Source: a virus. Taken from it: DNA of 64,000 nt. Each line of letters opens with the position of its first letter. Within the stretch, counting starts at the first letter, position 1. Positions 20,572 through 30,489 of this stretch are shown in pieces. Below the pieces are notes generated by a model, which saw nothing but the letters and a program-made list of their open reading frames with translations, was not told the DNA's origin and did no database searches. The position numbers and the translations under genes were made by a program. Location: the IMG/VR virus record IMGVR_UViG_3300028388_004772, positions 32,001 to 96,000 of that record; one strand, 5' to 3'.

Positions 20572-20948
20572 TCGTCACCGATCGACAACATTACAGAATC
20601 ATACTTATTGATTGCTTCATGAGGTGTATTGGCTGGTATAAGTAGAGTGTCTGTAATCTCTAACTCTTTACCATTTATTATCATTGTCTTCGTCCCCGAT
20701 AGCACTTTTAATTGTACATCATATGGGTCAATATGACAACGAAAACTTACAGCATTTTTTGGGGAAATGTATAGGTGGACAGTCTTGGGACAGTACTCTG
20801 TATAGTACGACTCTAATCCCTCAACCTTTATTGTCTTTTTATTTTCAGCAATATAATAACCAACCTGATCTAGTGTTATCTCATGATCAAGTTGGTTCTC
20901 ATCAATTATGTAAGCCTTAGTACCATACTTTAAAATTTCAGATAACAT
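20568..20948 (-). CDS. Cupin / minimal JmjC-like protein
   Basis: HLYISP....SF..HIDPYDV....LSGTK...LLIPANTPHEA. Confidence 0.75.
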   Translation of the reverse strand: MLSEILKYGTKAYIIDENQLDHEITLDQVGYYIAENKKTIKVEGLESYYTEYCPKTVHLYISPKNAVSFRCHIDPYDVQLKVLSGTKTMIINGKELEITDTLLIPANTPHEAINKYDSVMLSIGDE

Positions 20949-21829
20949 TCAACTATTTTTACTTCCTCAAAATTATTGCTTTGTAAAGCAATGCCAACCA
21001 TTGGACCAGTACCTGTTACTGATGCGAGACCAGGAGAACAAGCGTATACCACATCTCCTTTCGCTACAGTCCCCTTGATTCTGACAGGTACCCTTCCGAC
21101 AAGGGCTACTGATTGACCCTCAGAAGAAGAATTCATTATATATGCGGGATTTGTTGAAATGACCCCAGTAACCTCTTTACCAGAAGTCCATGGCTCCATT
21201 TCATCATCTTTGTTGGTACCTATTGTCATTACAGTCCCTGGGGGCTGAATGGTCTCCGTTGTATATTTCTCGGCTACGTCAGCATATTGTGCTTGAGTAG
21301 CAGTAGCGGTAATTATATTGGCACTAAAATTGCTCGAATCATCACGAAATACAATTGTATTTGCAGTATTGTCCGCAGTAGCATTTGATGTAACAGTAAA
21401 TGTTCCTCCGTTCGAGCTAACGCTACCAGAAATACCATTACCTGATGTTGCACCTACAGCTACGTAGTTGCCAATTGTAAACTCACCTGTAATTGAATCA
21501 TAATTTAGCCCATTACCCGAGGAAAATAAGCTTCTAGTACTTTGCGCATCTACAGAGCCTGTAAGAGTAAATATACCAGAACCGCTATTGTAAGATAAAG
21601 AAACGCCAGTAGCTTGGTCATCCACGCTAATCGATTGTCTTGATATAGTAGTAAGTTCACCTGAATCATCAAAGGCGCTGACTATATTTCTTACTGTGTT
21701 AATAGCATCAACAACATTACTATCACCTGTCACTAAATTATCGACATTTCCAACATCATTAGAAATAGTATTTGTCTTAGTGACAAATACCGACATAGTG
21801 TCTGACAGGTTAACATTAGTTATAGCCAT
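20930..21829 (-). CDS. Short fibre protein with C-terminal intramolecular-chaperone-like domain
   Basis: N-terminal V..SDT...F..KTN anchor; YADVAEKY...GTV...GVISTNPAYIMN...VALVGRVPV..GD. Confidence 0.7.
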   Translation of the reverse strand: MAITNVNLSDTMSVFVTKTNTISNDVGNVDNLVTGDSNVVDAINTVRNIVSAFDDSGELTTISRQSISVDDQATGVSLSYNSGSGIFTLTGSVDAQSTRSLFSSGNGLNYDSITGEFTIGNYVAVGATSGNGISGSVSSNGGTFTVTSNATADNTANTIVFRDDSSNFSANIITATATQAQYADVAEKYTTETIQPPGTVMTIGTNKDDEMEPWTSGKEVTGVISTNPAYIMNSSSEGQSVALVGRVPVRIKGTVAKGDVVYACSPGLASVTGTGPMVGIALQSNNFEEVKIVECYLKF

Positions 21830-21835
21830 TTTAGA

Positions 21836-22069
21836 TTACCTATTTTTCTCGACTAATTGTACCAATAAATCTTTGATTTCTTTTATCTCGTCTTTAAGAT
21901 CTTCGACCTCATTGGCGAGCGACAGCTGCTGTTCTTTTTGCTGCTTCATTAATTGTTTTCTCTTTCGGGCCGCTTCAATTTCAGCCTTGTTTGTATTGAT
22001 GACAACATTTGTTTCTGTGTCTCTTACAAAACCCGAAAGATTTTCCACTTCCTTATACTGCAAGTGCAA
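21836..22069 (-). CDS. Small coiled-coil protein downstream of the large baseplate protein
   Basis: VRD..T..VINT motif followed by a heptad-rich C-terminus. Confidence 0.65.
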   Translation of the reverse strand: MHLQYKEVENLSGFVRDTETNVVINTNKAEIEAARKRKQLMKQQKEQQLSLANEVEDLKDEIKEIKDLLVQLVEKNR

Positions 22070-25000
22070 TGGCCCTCAAGTCCTTCAATACTGGGATGTA
22101 TGAAGTACTTGTGGATTCCATTACAATCTTAATCTGGAAGGATGTGAATGCTGGCAATTGGCCACCTTCACCACCAATCAAGTACTCATACTCTCTGAAC
22201 ACCAATACCTCATCAGAAGGCACAGTTGTAGTAGCGCTCGCGAGCTGCCAACTAGTATCCCTAATTGTCTCTGCGTCAGTAGATGTTCTGTAGTAAACTT
22301 TAAAGTTACCAGCAGATGGTCTGTACGCTGCAAAGAACAACTTAATACCAACAGCCTCTTCTGCCAACGTTGCAACAGTTGTAATGTGCTTCGAAGCTGA
22401 TGAGCCATTGTATGGATCGGTTTCATCTACAATCGAAATTGGTACATTGAAACCAGATGTGTTGGACGAATCTTGCTTATCAATAGAGTTCTCAATAAAT
22501 GTCATCGAAGCTCTTTGAAGATCAAGAATTGGAGATACTTTAGTATCGCTTGTTGACAAAGTCAACTTAATCGTAGCAGCATCTGCAACCTGGTTCTTCG
22601 AGTTAGGAATTAGCTTAGGAGCCTGTGTTCCATTCACCTCATTAATAATGATTGGGGTGAAAGAAGATGCCACACTATAAGCTGAGTTGGTTGCCTCGTT
22701 ACGATCAGTACCCCAACTTGCTCCACTTGTCAACTTAATACTACCAGAAATACCAGTATTATTAGGTGTTAGGGTTTGTACCGTTGTGAAGTACTCATTG
22801 AACATGAACTGCTGAGTAGACTTAACATTTGTTCCACCCGTGCGAATTGATCCTGTTGCTGCTGAATCAGCTGCAAAAGTATATCCAGTCCAGTCAGTAT
22901 TAATGATTGTTCTATCACCAAGCATCGACGCACCTTTAATTCCAGCATATGTCGATCCTGAATCTAAGCCATACAAAGCCACTGTATCATTCTTAACAAA
23001 TCCATGGCCTTCATGGAACACACGAATAGTCGTAGAACCTGAATCAGTTAGAATTGGATCACTACCGAGCAAATACAATGGTGGTTGTGCATTGGTTAGG
23101 TAAGCATCACCTGAGCTGCTAAATTCAGCACGGTTAATTCTAAACATCAAATCTCTATTCTGATCTGGTGTCCAGGTTGTACCGTTTTGTGATCTATACA
23201 ATGAACCAAGAGTTGGTTGCTTCGATACTCTTGCATCCGTAGATCCAAGAACAAAATCATATGTCTTGGCAACATAGACTGTGTAGTCTGTAGTCTCTGC
23301 TGCAACCACTATTGCATACTCTTGACCAGGGGCCAGGTAAATTGGCTCGTCAAATGTAAATGTTGTTGGAGCTGCTCTTACACTTTCAAGGTCTTCTAAA
23401 TCAGCAGGAATTGATACTTCAGTTGGTGATAGATATTTGACAGCACCTGGTAACGGATATGCTAAAGGTGTGCCGTTCTCTACTCCACGAATTTGAACCT
23501 GTACAGGTTGACCTCCAGTTGGAGCCTTTGTTCTAAAGAATACATCAACACTTGTTACAAAGATACCAGATGGGTTCTCTGTTTGTGATACAAAGAATGA
23601 TTGGGCAACTGGGTCCCAGAAACAGAAAATCGATTTCTTCTTAACAACAATTGTCTGAACATCAATCTCTCGTGTTACTTTAAGTGTTCTTTCTCTTACT
23701 TCCAATACACCAGTTGATGTAAAGATGTCTTGACACAATGATGTTGCGTTGTCATCATTATCAGCTGTGATATCAAGAAGTTTGAGAATCTTTGATCCAG
23801 TTCTGAATTTGATTGCATTAGTAGAAGGAATGAAGAATGATCCTTCAATTTTACCCTCAGCATCTGAGATCAAACGACTCTTACCCTCAGGATGCTCAGT
23901 TGCTCTTTGATAGATATTACCATAATCTTCAGTAGTAGAACTGTATCGTACAAATGATTCTTCTCGAACCCAATCAGCAACACTAACACCATTAAAGAAG
24001 GCAAAATGTTCTGTGTTCGGTTTTAATCCTTGAGCCTTAAAGTATACTTTCTTAGATCTCATGTAAGGAATAAGGAATGTTTCTATTACTCTGTTGCCAA
24101 CCTGCTCAATAATAATATCATCTCTGACTACAGCTTCGTTTGATGCAATTGATACGCTTGGTTGATCATCAATCAATGCATTGACGGCAGCTGCTGTGGC
24201 AGAGCTTGCAGCTGCAAGACTAGCTGCAGTGAGATAATTACCTGCCATTAGCTGACCGAGTGCAGTTGTGGAAAGAGAGAATCCAGTACTTGCAGCTCCA
24301 ACACCAGTAGCAGCTCCTCCTGCAGTTCCTCCACCAAGTAGTCCAAAACCACCCGTTTTTGCTGCTATTACCAAGGCAACTGCTATACCAAACCAGCCAC
24401 CAAAGGTTCTTTGAACAACCGTTCGAGTACCCACATTTCTCTTCTTGACACCACCATCAATTAGAACGTCCGGTAAGAATGCTTGCTCAATCCAGTCGTC
24501 CGATGCTGGGGAAAGCTGAAGAGTACCAGTGTTGATAATAACTTCAAATGGGTTAACATTAATTGCTTCGTTACACAAATCTTGATATGAAAACTGAGTT
24601 TCTGTGTACGGAAGAGTAACAAGATCACCTGTCTTATTAGTTGTCTGACTGACGCCATCTGAATCGAAGAACAGCCGCACATTACCATAGTAAATCGCTG
24701 GCGTAATAACTTTGGCCGATGGATCCAAAGCAGCTCTATAGCTAACATTGTCCACATCAGAAAAAACAAAATCCTTGAAGTTATCAGCAAAGAATCCTGA
24801 CTTAGTTCTTTGCAATCCGTTTGAATCTAGTACAGATAATGTCGATGTATTCAATTCAAGCAAACTCAGAGAGGTAACATCTGCTAACTTGTTTATTCTT
24901 TTTTCAAGTGAACCGATGTCTTTCATCGTATATCTTCTATTATTAATGAAAGATAGGTTTACATCAGAATCACTCAAAGTGTATGGAGGAAGAGTTATAT

Positions 25001-27302
25001 CATAAAGGGGCAATGCACCAGATGGTGTTTCTGGAAGAGAAGCTTCCGTGGATGAAATGCCCGTTGTCACTCTAACTTCACCTACACCCTCATTACCCTC
25101 GGCATCCAAAGACGATACGATTAGCTGATCTCTTCTTGGAAGATAATACTCAGCATCAAGTGTTACAATATCAGTAGATTGAGGAATATTATTAACATTA
25201 GCTTCAGGGTAAGCACCTGAAGAGTTTTGAATTGATCTAAAGTCTAGTACATCTCTTAAGCTAACATCACCAAAGCTCGGTATACTGGTATAATCTACCG
25301 CTCCGTTGTAAGAGTTGATAGCAAATAAATCCCCAGCACCGTGAGTAAAGTAATCGAACTGAACAAGAATGTCTCCAGTTGGAATAGAGGTTCCAGCCTT
25401 TTCAACAAGTCTTCCTAGTCCATAGTAGTTCGCTCTTTGACCATTATCCGCAATAAAGTTATTGGATAGATCGGCTCCATTGGAATCAGCTTGAGTGATA
25501 CTTGTTACTCTGTAAATATCAGCAACACCAAGATCGATATATCTAAGACCATTTCCATCTGAATCAGCTTCTGAAGGCCAAGCCTTTGTTAAACTATTTC
25601 CTGTTGATAAAGATTTTGTACGAATAACAGGTGTATCAACTTGGATATAAGCAATCAATTCGTAATTCGAAGAGACATCGAGACCCGAAATGTCGACTTG
25701 AGAGCCAACAGGAGATCCAGTAAGTGTGAATGTTGCATTCGTGTCACTTACCGCTTCACCTTCTTTAGTGATAATCCAATCCCCCGTGTTAGTGAATGTA
25801 TCACCACCACCAGCTGAAAGTGTATAGGAACTTCCTGTAGTCGGGAAGGCATAACGCTTTCTTGTTGTTAATACAATATCAGATACACCATCAATTACAG
25901 GGCGTGATCTTGGAAGCGGGAACAACATTGTGTTGATAGAGCTTTGCTTGAGATTAGTAATCCCAGCTTCAACTACTGTATTAACATAATCTGTTGTACC
26001 ATTACCAAAACTTCTGACGTTACGGAATGATTGACCCGAATTCATTTGAATATCAAACAGATAGAATCTTAGGTTACCACCATCCTCATCAATTCCTCTG
26101 ACTCTAGCAGTACCAATACTGTCCCCAGTCCATCCTTTAGCACTCATCAAGTCAACTTGCTCAAGAGTGTTAATATTTGGAAGACCCGCACAACTATCCG
26201 GATTTCCTAATACATAATTACCATATTGAACAACGATTGGTTCGTTTTCTACAGTTTCTGTATCTCTTGCCTTTGGAACGGTAATTTTTGTAGGAGCAAT
26301 ATCTAAACGATAACCATCTACATATGCAATACCACTTGAAACATCCAATGTTAAGTTAGAGTCGTTTAGATCGTCAAACTTCGCTCGGAACGCTTTAACA
26401 ACATAATCACCCGACTCTTCTTTTGTTCTTCGAGCAAGAGCCTTATTAATCTGATTATAGTTATCATCTCCACCAATCTCTTTTGTGATCAATCCATTTG
26501 TTACTTTGGCCACAAGTACGAAGTTCTGGTCAGAGTCAACTTCACTTCGCGTTGTAAGAATTAAACGAATACGGTATCTGTCTGCACCTGGGGCTGCAAT
26601 ATTTGGTTCCGATCCTTGATTGTCATACAAACGATTGTCATCATTCGCCGTGACAACTTCTTCAACAATCCTAAAACCAATATCATCGGTGGGTGTGGAA
26701 CTGTATTTGTCTATGAAAGTTGATTGAGGAGCAGCATAGATAAAATGACCTTGTGCAAAGAATTCACCTTCCCCAACAGATGCAAGTGTTCCTCTACCTG
26801 TAGCGCTGGCATTAGCTGCTTTAAGTGATGCCAATCCATCAGACGTGAAGATAGCTCCATTCTGTACTCGAATTGGATCAGCGGTTGCTGTGCCGGCAGT
26901 TGTGTCTGTATATCTAACATATAAAGTTGCTGGATCTGTAGCAGTCGCAGCTTCTACACGAATAATCTTAAACTTAATCGCAGCATTTGGAGCACTTACT
27001 GTATACTCTGCCCCAACAAGAGCTGAAGTATCTGCTGGCAGAGGAAATGTAACCGTATCAAGTTTAATAAATTCAAACCGGTTGTTAACCGTTACTCCAC
27101 CTGGTGTGACTGTAGCACCTTCAGTAAAGATGTTTCTACCAAACCGCGCAATTTCTTCCTGAATAATCGTTTGCATCTGAGTAAGTTCTCTTGCCTGAAG
27201 AGCTCTACCAGAATTAAACAGAATACGATGGAAGTTATCACTGTCGCGATAATCATCCTTGTATGTTGAAGAAAATGTGGTATCTTTAACCGTTGTTGCC
27301 AT
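22053..27302 (-). CDS. Large baseplate/virion structural protein (VrlC/DUF4815-like), 1749 aa
   Basis: Y.DD......FHRILF..GRALQARELTQMQT, APGADR, RYTMKDIG.LEKRI, KSGFFADNF, DPVAQSF, DLRAIALA; directly after gp8. Confidence 0.85.
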   Translation of the reverse strand: MATTVKDTTFSSTYKDDYRDSDNFHRILFNSGRALQARELTQMQTIIQEEIARFGRNIFTEGATVTPGGVTVNNRFEFIKLDTVTFPLPADTSALVGAEYTVSAPNAAIKFKIIRVEAATATDPATLYVRYTDTTAGTATADPIRVQNGAIFTSDGLASLKAANASATGRGTLASVGEGEFFAQGHFIYAAPQSTFIDKYSSTPTDDIGFRIVEEVVTANDDNRLYDNQGSEPNIAAPGADRYRIRLILTTRSEVDSDQNFVLVAKVTNGLITKEIGGDDNYNQINKALARRTKEESGDYVVKAFRAKFDDLNDSNLTLDVSSGIAYVDGYRLDIAPTKITVPKARDTETVENEPIVVQYGNYVLGNPDSCAGLPNINTLEQVDLMSAKGWTGDSIGTARVRGIDEDGGNLRFYLFDIQMNSGQSFRNVRSFGNGTTDYVNTVVEAGITNLKQSSINTMLFPLPRSRPVIDGVSDIVLTTRKRYAFPTTGSSYTLSAGGGDTFTNTGDWIITKEGEAVSDTNATFTLTGSPVGSQVDISGLDVSSNYELIAYIQVDTPVIRTKSLSTGNSLTKAWPSEADSDGNGLRYIDLGVADIYRVTSITQADSNGADLSNNFIADNGQRANYYGLGRLVEKAGTSIPTGDILVQFDYFTHGAGDLFAINSYNGAVDYTSIPSFGDVSLRDVLDFRSIQNSSGAYPEANVNNIPQSTDIVTLDAEYYLPRRDQLIVSSLDAEGNEGVGEVRVTTGISSTEASLPETPSGALPLYDITLPPYTLSDSDVNLSFINNRRYTMKDIGSLEKRINKLADVTSLSLLELNTSTLSVLDSNGLQRTKSGFFADNFKDFVFSDVDNVSYRAALDPSAKVITPAIYYGNVRLFFDSDGVSQTTNKTGDLVTLPYTETQFSYQDLCNEAINVNPFEVIINTGTLQLSPASDDWIEQAFLPDVLIDGGVKKRNVGTRTVVQRTFGGWFGIAVALVIAAKTGGFGLLGGGTAGGAATGVGAASTGFSLSTTALGQLMAGNYLTAASLAAASSATAAAVNALIDDQPSVSIASNEAVVRDDIIIEQVGNRVIETFLIPYMRSKKVYFKAQGLKPNTEHFAFFNGVSVADWVREESFVRYSSTTEDYGNIYQRATEHPEGKSRLISDAEGKIEGSFFIPSTNAIKFRTGSKILKLLDITADNDDNATSLCQDIFTSTGVLEVRERTLKVTREIDVQTIVVKKKSIFCFWDPVAQSFFVSQTENPSGIFVTSVDVFFRTKAPTGGQPVQVQIRGVENGTPLAYPLPGAVKYLSPTEVSIPADLEDLESVRAAPTTFTFDEPIYLAPGQEYAIVVAAETTDYTVYVAKTYDFVLGSTDARVSKQPTLGSLYRSQNGTTWTPDQNRDLMFRINRAEFSSSGDAYLTNAQPPLYLLGSDPILTDSGSTTIRVFHEGHGFVKNDTVALYGLDSGSTYAGIKGASMLGDRTIINTDWTGYTFAADSAATGSIRTGGTNVKSTQQFMFNEYFTTVQTLTPNNTGISGSIKLTSGASWGTDRNEATNSAYSVASSFTPIIINEVNGTQAPKLIPNSKNQVADAATIKLTLSTSDTKVSPILDLQRASMTFIENSIDKQDSSNTSGFNVPISIVDETDPYNGSSASKHITTVATLAEEAVGIKLFFAAYRPSAGNFKVYYRTSTDAETIRDTSWQLASATTTVPSDEVLVFREYEYLIGGEGGQLPAFTSFQIKIVMESTSTSYIPVLKDLRAIALAV

Positions 27303-27312
27303 TTTTAAAACC

Positions 27313-28671
27313 TTAAATTGTAATAACTACTTTGATGTCTTCTGTCTGAAGAGCATCGCGCACAATTCTTGCTCTATTTTCAATATACAATACCTCACCA
27401 GAGAAAGGATTGAAAGAAGTAGAGAGACCTGCACTATCAATTATACCTGATCCAGAACCATCACTTTCTTCAAGTGTCTCACCATTCTGGAACGATTTGA
27501 ATCCTGTATTTTCATTCTGATGATAGTAAATATAATCACTATCTATCTCATCAATAAATGCACCAGCTCCAGATGTAGCCCCTCTGATAAATTTATCAGC
27601 TGTAAAGGAACTCGCTGCAGCGGTCATTCTATGATACTTTAATCCACGAGCTGTGAGAGAGGTCAACAATGTGTCACTATCAGGTAATGTAATATTACGC
27701 ATCACTGTAATTTGTCTAAAATCATTACCCAGAATAAATGCACCAGATTCAGAACCATCAGGCTTTGCGTTTAACATGATTGTTGATGCTTTAAGATCAT
27801 CTCTAATATCGGCACCAATACCATCCAAAGGACCAATAATTGGTCTCGCTGTTGCACCAGTTCCTCCACCACCTGAAATAACAATATCGGCGTGATCATA
27901 ACCCGATCCAAGACCTGCGGACTCATTATTCATTTCAATCTTAACGACAGCACCACCAGAAATTGTTGCTGTAGCTGCAGCATTTGAACCATTTCCATTG
28001 ATTGTTACTGTAGGAGCTGAAGTGTAACCAGAACCACCACTTGTCAGAGTAGCTCCAAGAATCTGGCCAGGAACTGCTGCTTCTTTAACTAATGCTTGGT
28101 CTCTTTCTAAACCAGTGTAAGCCCCTGAAGAGTCATCTAAAAACTGAACAGGAAGATAATTGGCTGATAAGAACGAGTTTGCTCTGGCTGCTGAAATCTG
28201 AAACAGATATTTCCATCTATACCCATCTGAAGTTTCGAATGCTTGTGTCTGACTAACACCGGCTGTTGAGTAACTAGGCAGAACTGTTGATGGAACCGAT
28301 TGTCCTAAGGCATTTTTACCCTGTTGTAAACAAATATAAACGTCATTATTTTCTGTTAACACGTAGTAAGGATTTGTAGGAATTCCTACAACATTATCAT
28401 TATATCCTGTGTAGGTTGTACCAGATGTCCAATTATATCTTGGGACAACAAAACTTGAACTGGCTACTTTTTTAACAGATTGAATATTATCCCTAGCTTC
28501 CCTCTCAGATCGAATTGTTCTCAAAGGTGAAGTTGGAGTATCTGTCTCATTATACTCATCAGACTTTCCAATACCAATGTAGTATTCATTAGTATCAGAA
28601 GAGCTCGAAATTTCAGTTAATAATAGATTCGTTAAAATTCTCTTTAGTGAATCTGTTACAATTGCAGCCAT
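27313..28671 (-). CDS. gp8: Baseplate wedge subunit gp8
   Basis: VVPRYNWTSG..Y, YYVLT...VYICL, DGYRWKYLF, SGEVLYIENR...QTEDIKVVI. Confidence 0.88.
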   Translation of the reverse strand: MAAIVTDSLKRILTNLLLTEISSSSDTNEYYIGIGKSDEYNETDTPTSPLRTIRSEREARDNIQSVKKVASSSFVVPRYNWTSGTTYTGYNDNVVGIPTNPYYVLTENNDVYICLQQGKNALGQSVPSTVLPSYSTAGVSQTQAFETSDGYRWKYLFQISAARANSFLSANYLPVQFLDDSSGAYTGLERDQALVKEAAVPGQILGATLTSGGSGYTSAPTVTINGNGSNAAATATISGGAVVKIEMNNESAGLGSGYDHADIVISGGGGTGATARPIIGPLDGIGADIRDDLKASTIMLNAKPDGSESGAFILGNDFRQITVMRNITLPDSDTLLTSLTARGLKYHRMTAAASSFTADKFIRGATSGAGAFIDEIDSDYIYYHQNENTGFKSFQNGETLEESDGSGSGIIDSAGLSTSFNPFSGEVLYIENRARIVRDALQTEDIKVVITI

Positions 28672-28687
28672 TTGTATTTCCTATTGA

Positions 28688-29494
28688 TTATATGATGATC
28701 AATTCATCACGACCCACGAGATACCATTCGTCTCCATCCCAAATGCATTGAGCACCAGTACTTACCGGTAATGAAAACGATGATCCTTGAGCAAAAGCAG
28801 TCGGTGTTACTACCGCAGTATTTCCACCCTTGTTGGTGAAGAACTTTAATTCACCTACACTTGATCCAGAATCTAATGTCACCAACAACGGAGTTGGCTT
28901 ATTACATATAACATAAGTTGCTGTTGCTGGAACAGAGCCATCGGCATTTAACTCAATTGAACTAAATGAAATTAAGCCAAGTTGAACTGATCCTGATCCT
29001 TTACCAACAAGACTTAGGTTTACATTTGAGTCACCACCAGTTGCACTGATAATAGGTGGATTCCCTGTCGCAGCATTTGTCACTGTGATTTCGTTAACCG
29101 CAGAAGATGTAGTCGTGAATTTAACCAACTCATTTGAATTAGTATCAAGAATCTCATTAGTGATTGTTGGCGATGTAATCGTTGGTGTTGTTAATGTTTT
29201 ATTTGTAAGTGTCTGATTAGCAGTATCGACGACAGCAATACCACCAGAATCCGGTAAAGTGATGGTAATATTTTCAGTGAGAACATCGGATGCGATCAAT
29301 GATGTTGTAAATACTGATCCTGAGAATGAAACCCCACTATCTTGAAACGACATGACATTAGACAAGTTATCGCTGTCACCAAACTTTTGATAGATCTCTA
29401 GTAGAGTTTCATTGATCTTCTGACCCGCCTGACGAAGGGTATCCCCTGTCCCATCATTTGCTGAAGATCCTAAACTGATATTTTGTCTAGCCAT
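28688..29494 (-). CDS. Baseplate protein with gp9/gp10-type N-terminus
   Basis: MARQNISLGSSANDGTGDTLRQAGQKINE motif. Confidence 0.75.
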   Translation of the reverse strand: MARQNISLGSSANDGTGDTLRQAGQKINETLLEIYQKFGDSDNLSNVMSFQDSGVSFSGSVFTTSLIASDVLTENITITLPDSGGIAVVDTANQTLTNKTLTTPTITSPTITNEILDTNSNELVKFTTTSSAVNEITVTNAATGNPPIISATGGDSNVNLSLVGKGSGSVQLGLISFSSIELNADGSVPATATYVICNKPTPLLVTLDSGSSVGELKFFTNKGGNTAVVTPTAFAQGSSFSLPVSTGAQCIWDGDEWYLVGRDELIII

Positions 29495-29521
29495 TCTTTT
29501 ACCCGTAAAAGACTTTAGTTT

Positions 29522-29529
29522 TATTTATA
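29522..29529 (-). promoter_or_regulatory. T4-type late promoter TATAAATA
   Basis: Exact match upstream of 29494; nearest exact late promoter I found upstream of the radical SAM cluster. Confidence 0.8.
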
Positions 29530-30489
29530 TCAAATTGCCGAGTCACTTAGGTATCTTGTGAACATTGTGTTGTCCATTGTCTCGGTACTCAATGACATAT
29601 CTGGTCTGATTGTAACATCACTATCATCAAACTTGAAGCTGTTTGGTGATAACAATTCACTAATATCCTGATAGAAACTATCCAGTTGTGTAGAAGAGAT
29701 ATCTTCGTACGTACTGAGGATTTGAGATAGATCGATTCGCACATCGTCTCCTTGTGAGTCGTACAATCCTGTAAGCTGAGTGAATCCAGTGATAGGCGTA
29801 GCCGCTGGTGCAATATCTGCTGTAAGAACTCTTGTGTTCTGAGCAGAATCTAAAGGATCTTCTGAATTTGGCATACTATCAAACCCGAGATCAACATTAC
29901 CTTCGAGTTGAGCTTGTCCTGCAAAATAGAATCCGGCCGGATGAACAAACCGTTTGTATAATTCTTCATAATCAGAGACAGAAATACCAGACTTAATCAA
30001 AATAGAAAATGTTTGGTATAATGTGTCACTAATAATGAACTTTAATGATTCAGCTCCAATCTCAGATTGGCCAACAATGAACAATTGATCTTTTGGATAT
30101 TCTACTTCTACTTCACTATTAAAAAATGCTCTGAAAAACCCTTCAACTGATACCACAGACCCCTTGGATCTATAAAAACTTGACAATAGTTTTGTCATCA
30201 ATCTAGGTTGATCAAAGAAAGAGGCGACTTGCAGTCCGTTGCCGATTTCACTAATCAGGGCATCCAGATACTGTTCCTCTGTGACACTTATGTCACGAAC
30301 AGAAAATAGACTGTTAATTTCTGTGCCAAAGGATCCTGTAGTACTACTGTCCAAGTAATCGTAATATTTTTCTAGAAATGTAACAAGTGTGGGATACTCA
30401 CTGAGATAAAACTCAGGAAGAACTTCCCTAACCTTTCTGTTAGCAAAGTTAATATCCCTTCTATTGTTGTCCTCTAGAATATGTGTCAT
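29530..30489 (-). CDS. Baseplate wedge protein (short gp7-like)
   Basis: LPEF...EYP.LV.FLEKYY.YL, FYRSKGS......FFR.FF, VHPAGF; follows gp6. Confidence 0.7.
   Translation of the reverse strand: MTHILEDNNRRDINFANRKVREVLPEFYLSEYPTLVTFLEKYYDYLDSSTTGSFGTEINSLFSVRDISVTEEQYLDALISEIGNGLQVASFFDQPRLMTKLLSSFYRSKGSVVSVEGFFRAFFNSEVEVEYPKDQLFIVGQSEIGAESLKFIISDTLYQTFSILIKSGISVSDYEELYKRFVHPAGFYFAGQAQLEGNVDLGFDSMPNSEDPLDSAQNTRVLTADIAPAATPITGFTQLTGLYDSQGDDVRIDLSQILSTYEDISSTQLDSFYQDISELLSPNSFKFDDSDVTIRPDMSLSTETMDNTMFTRYLSDSAI

Noticed and set aside
9830-20948. Radical SAM cluster as a DNA hypermodification (QueE/7-deazaguanine), NrdG or cofactor pathway
   Set aside because: No folE/queC/queD/dpdA, nrdD or pqq/moa partner genes are recognisable; SPASM-type C-termini, late structural context and the CHxS-tailed neighbour fit peptide modification better
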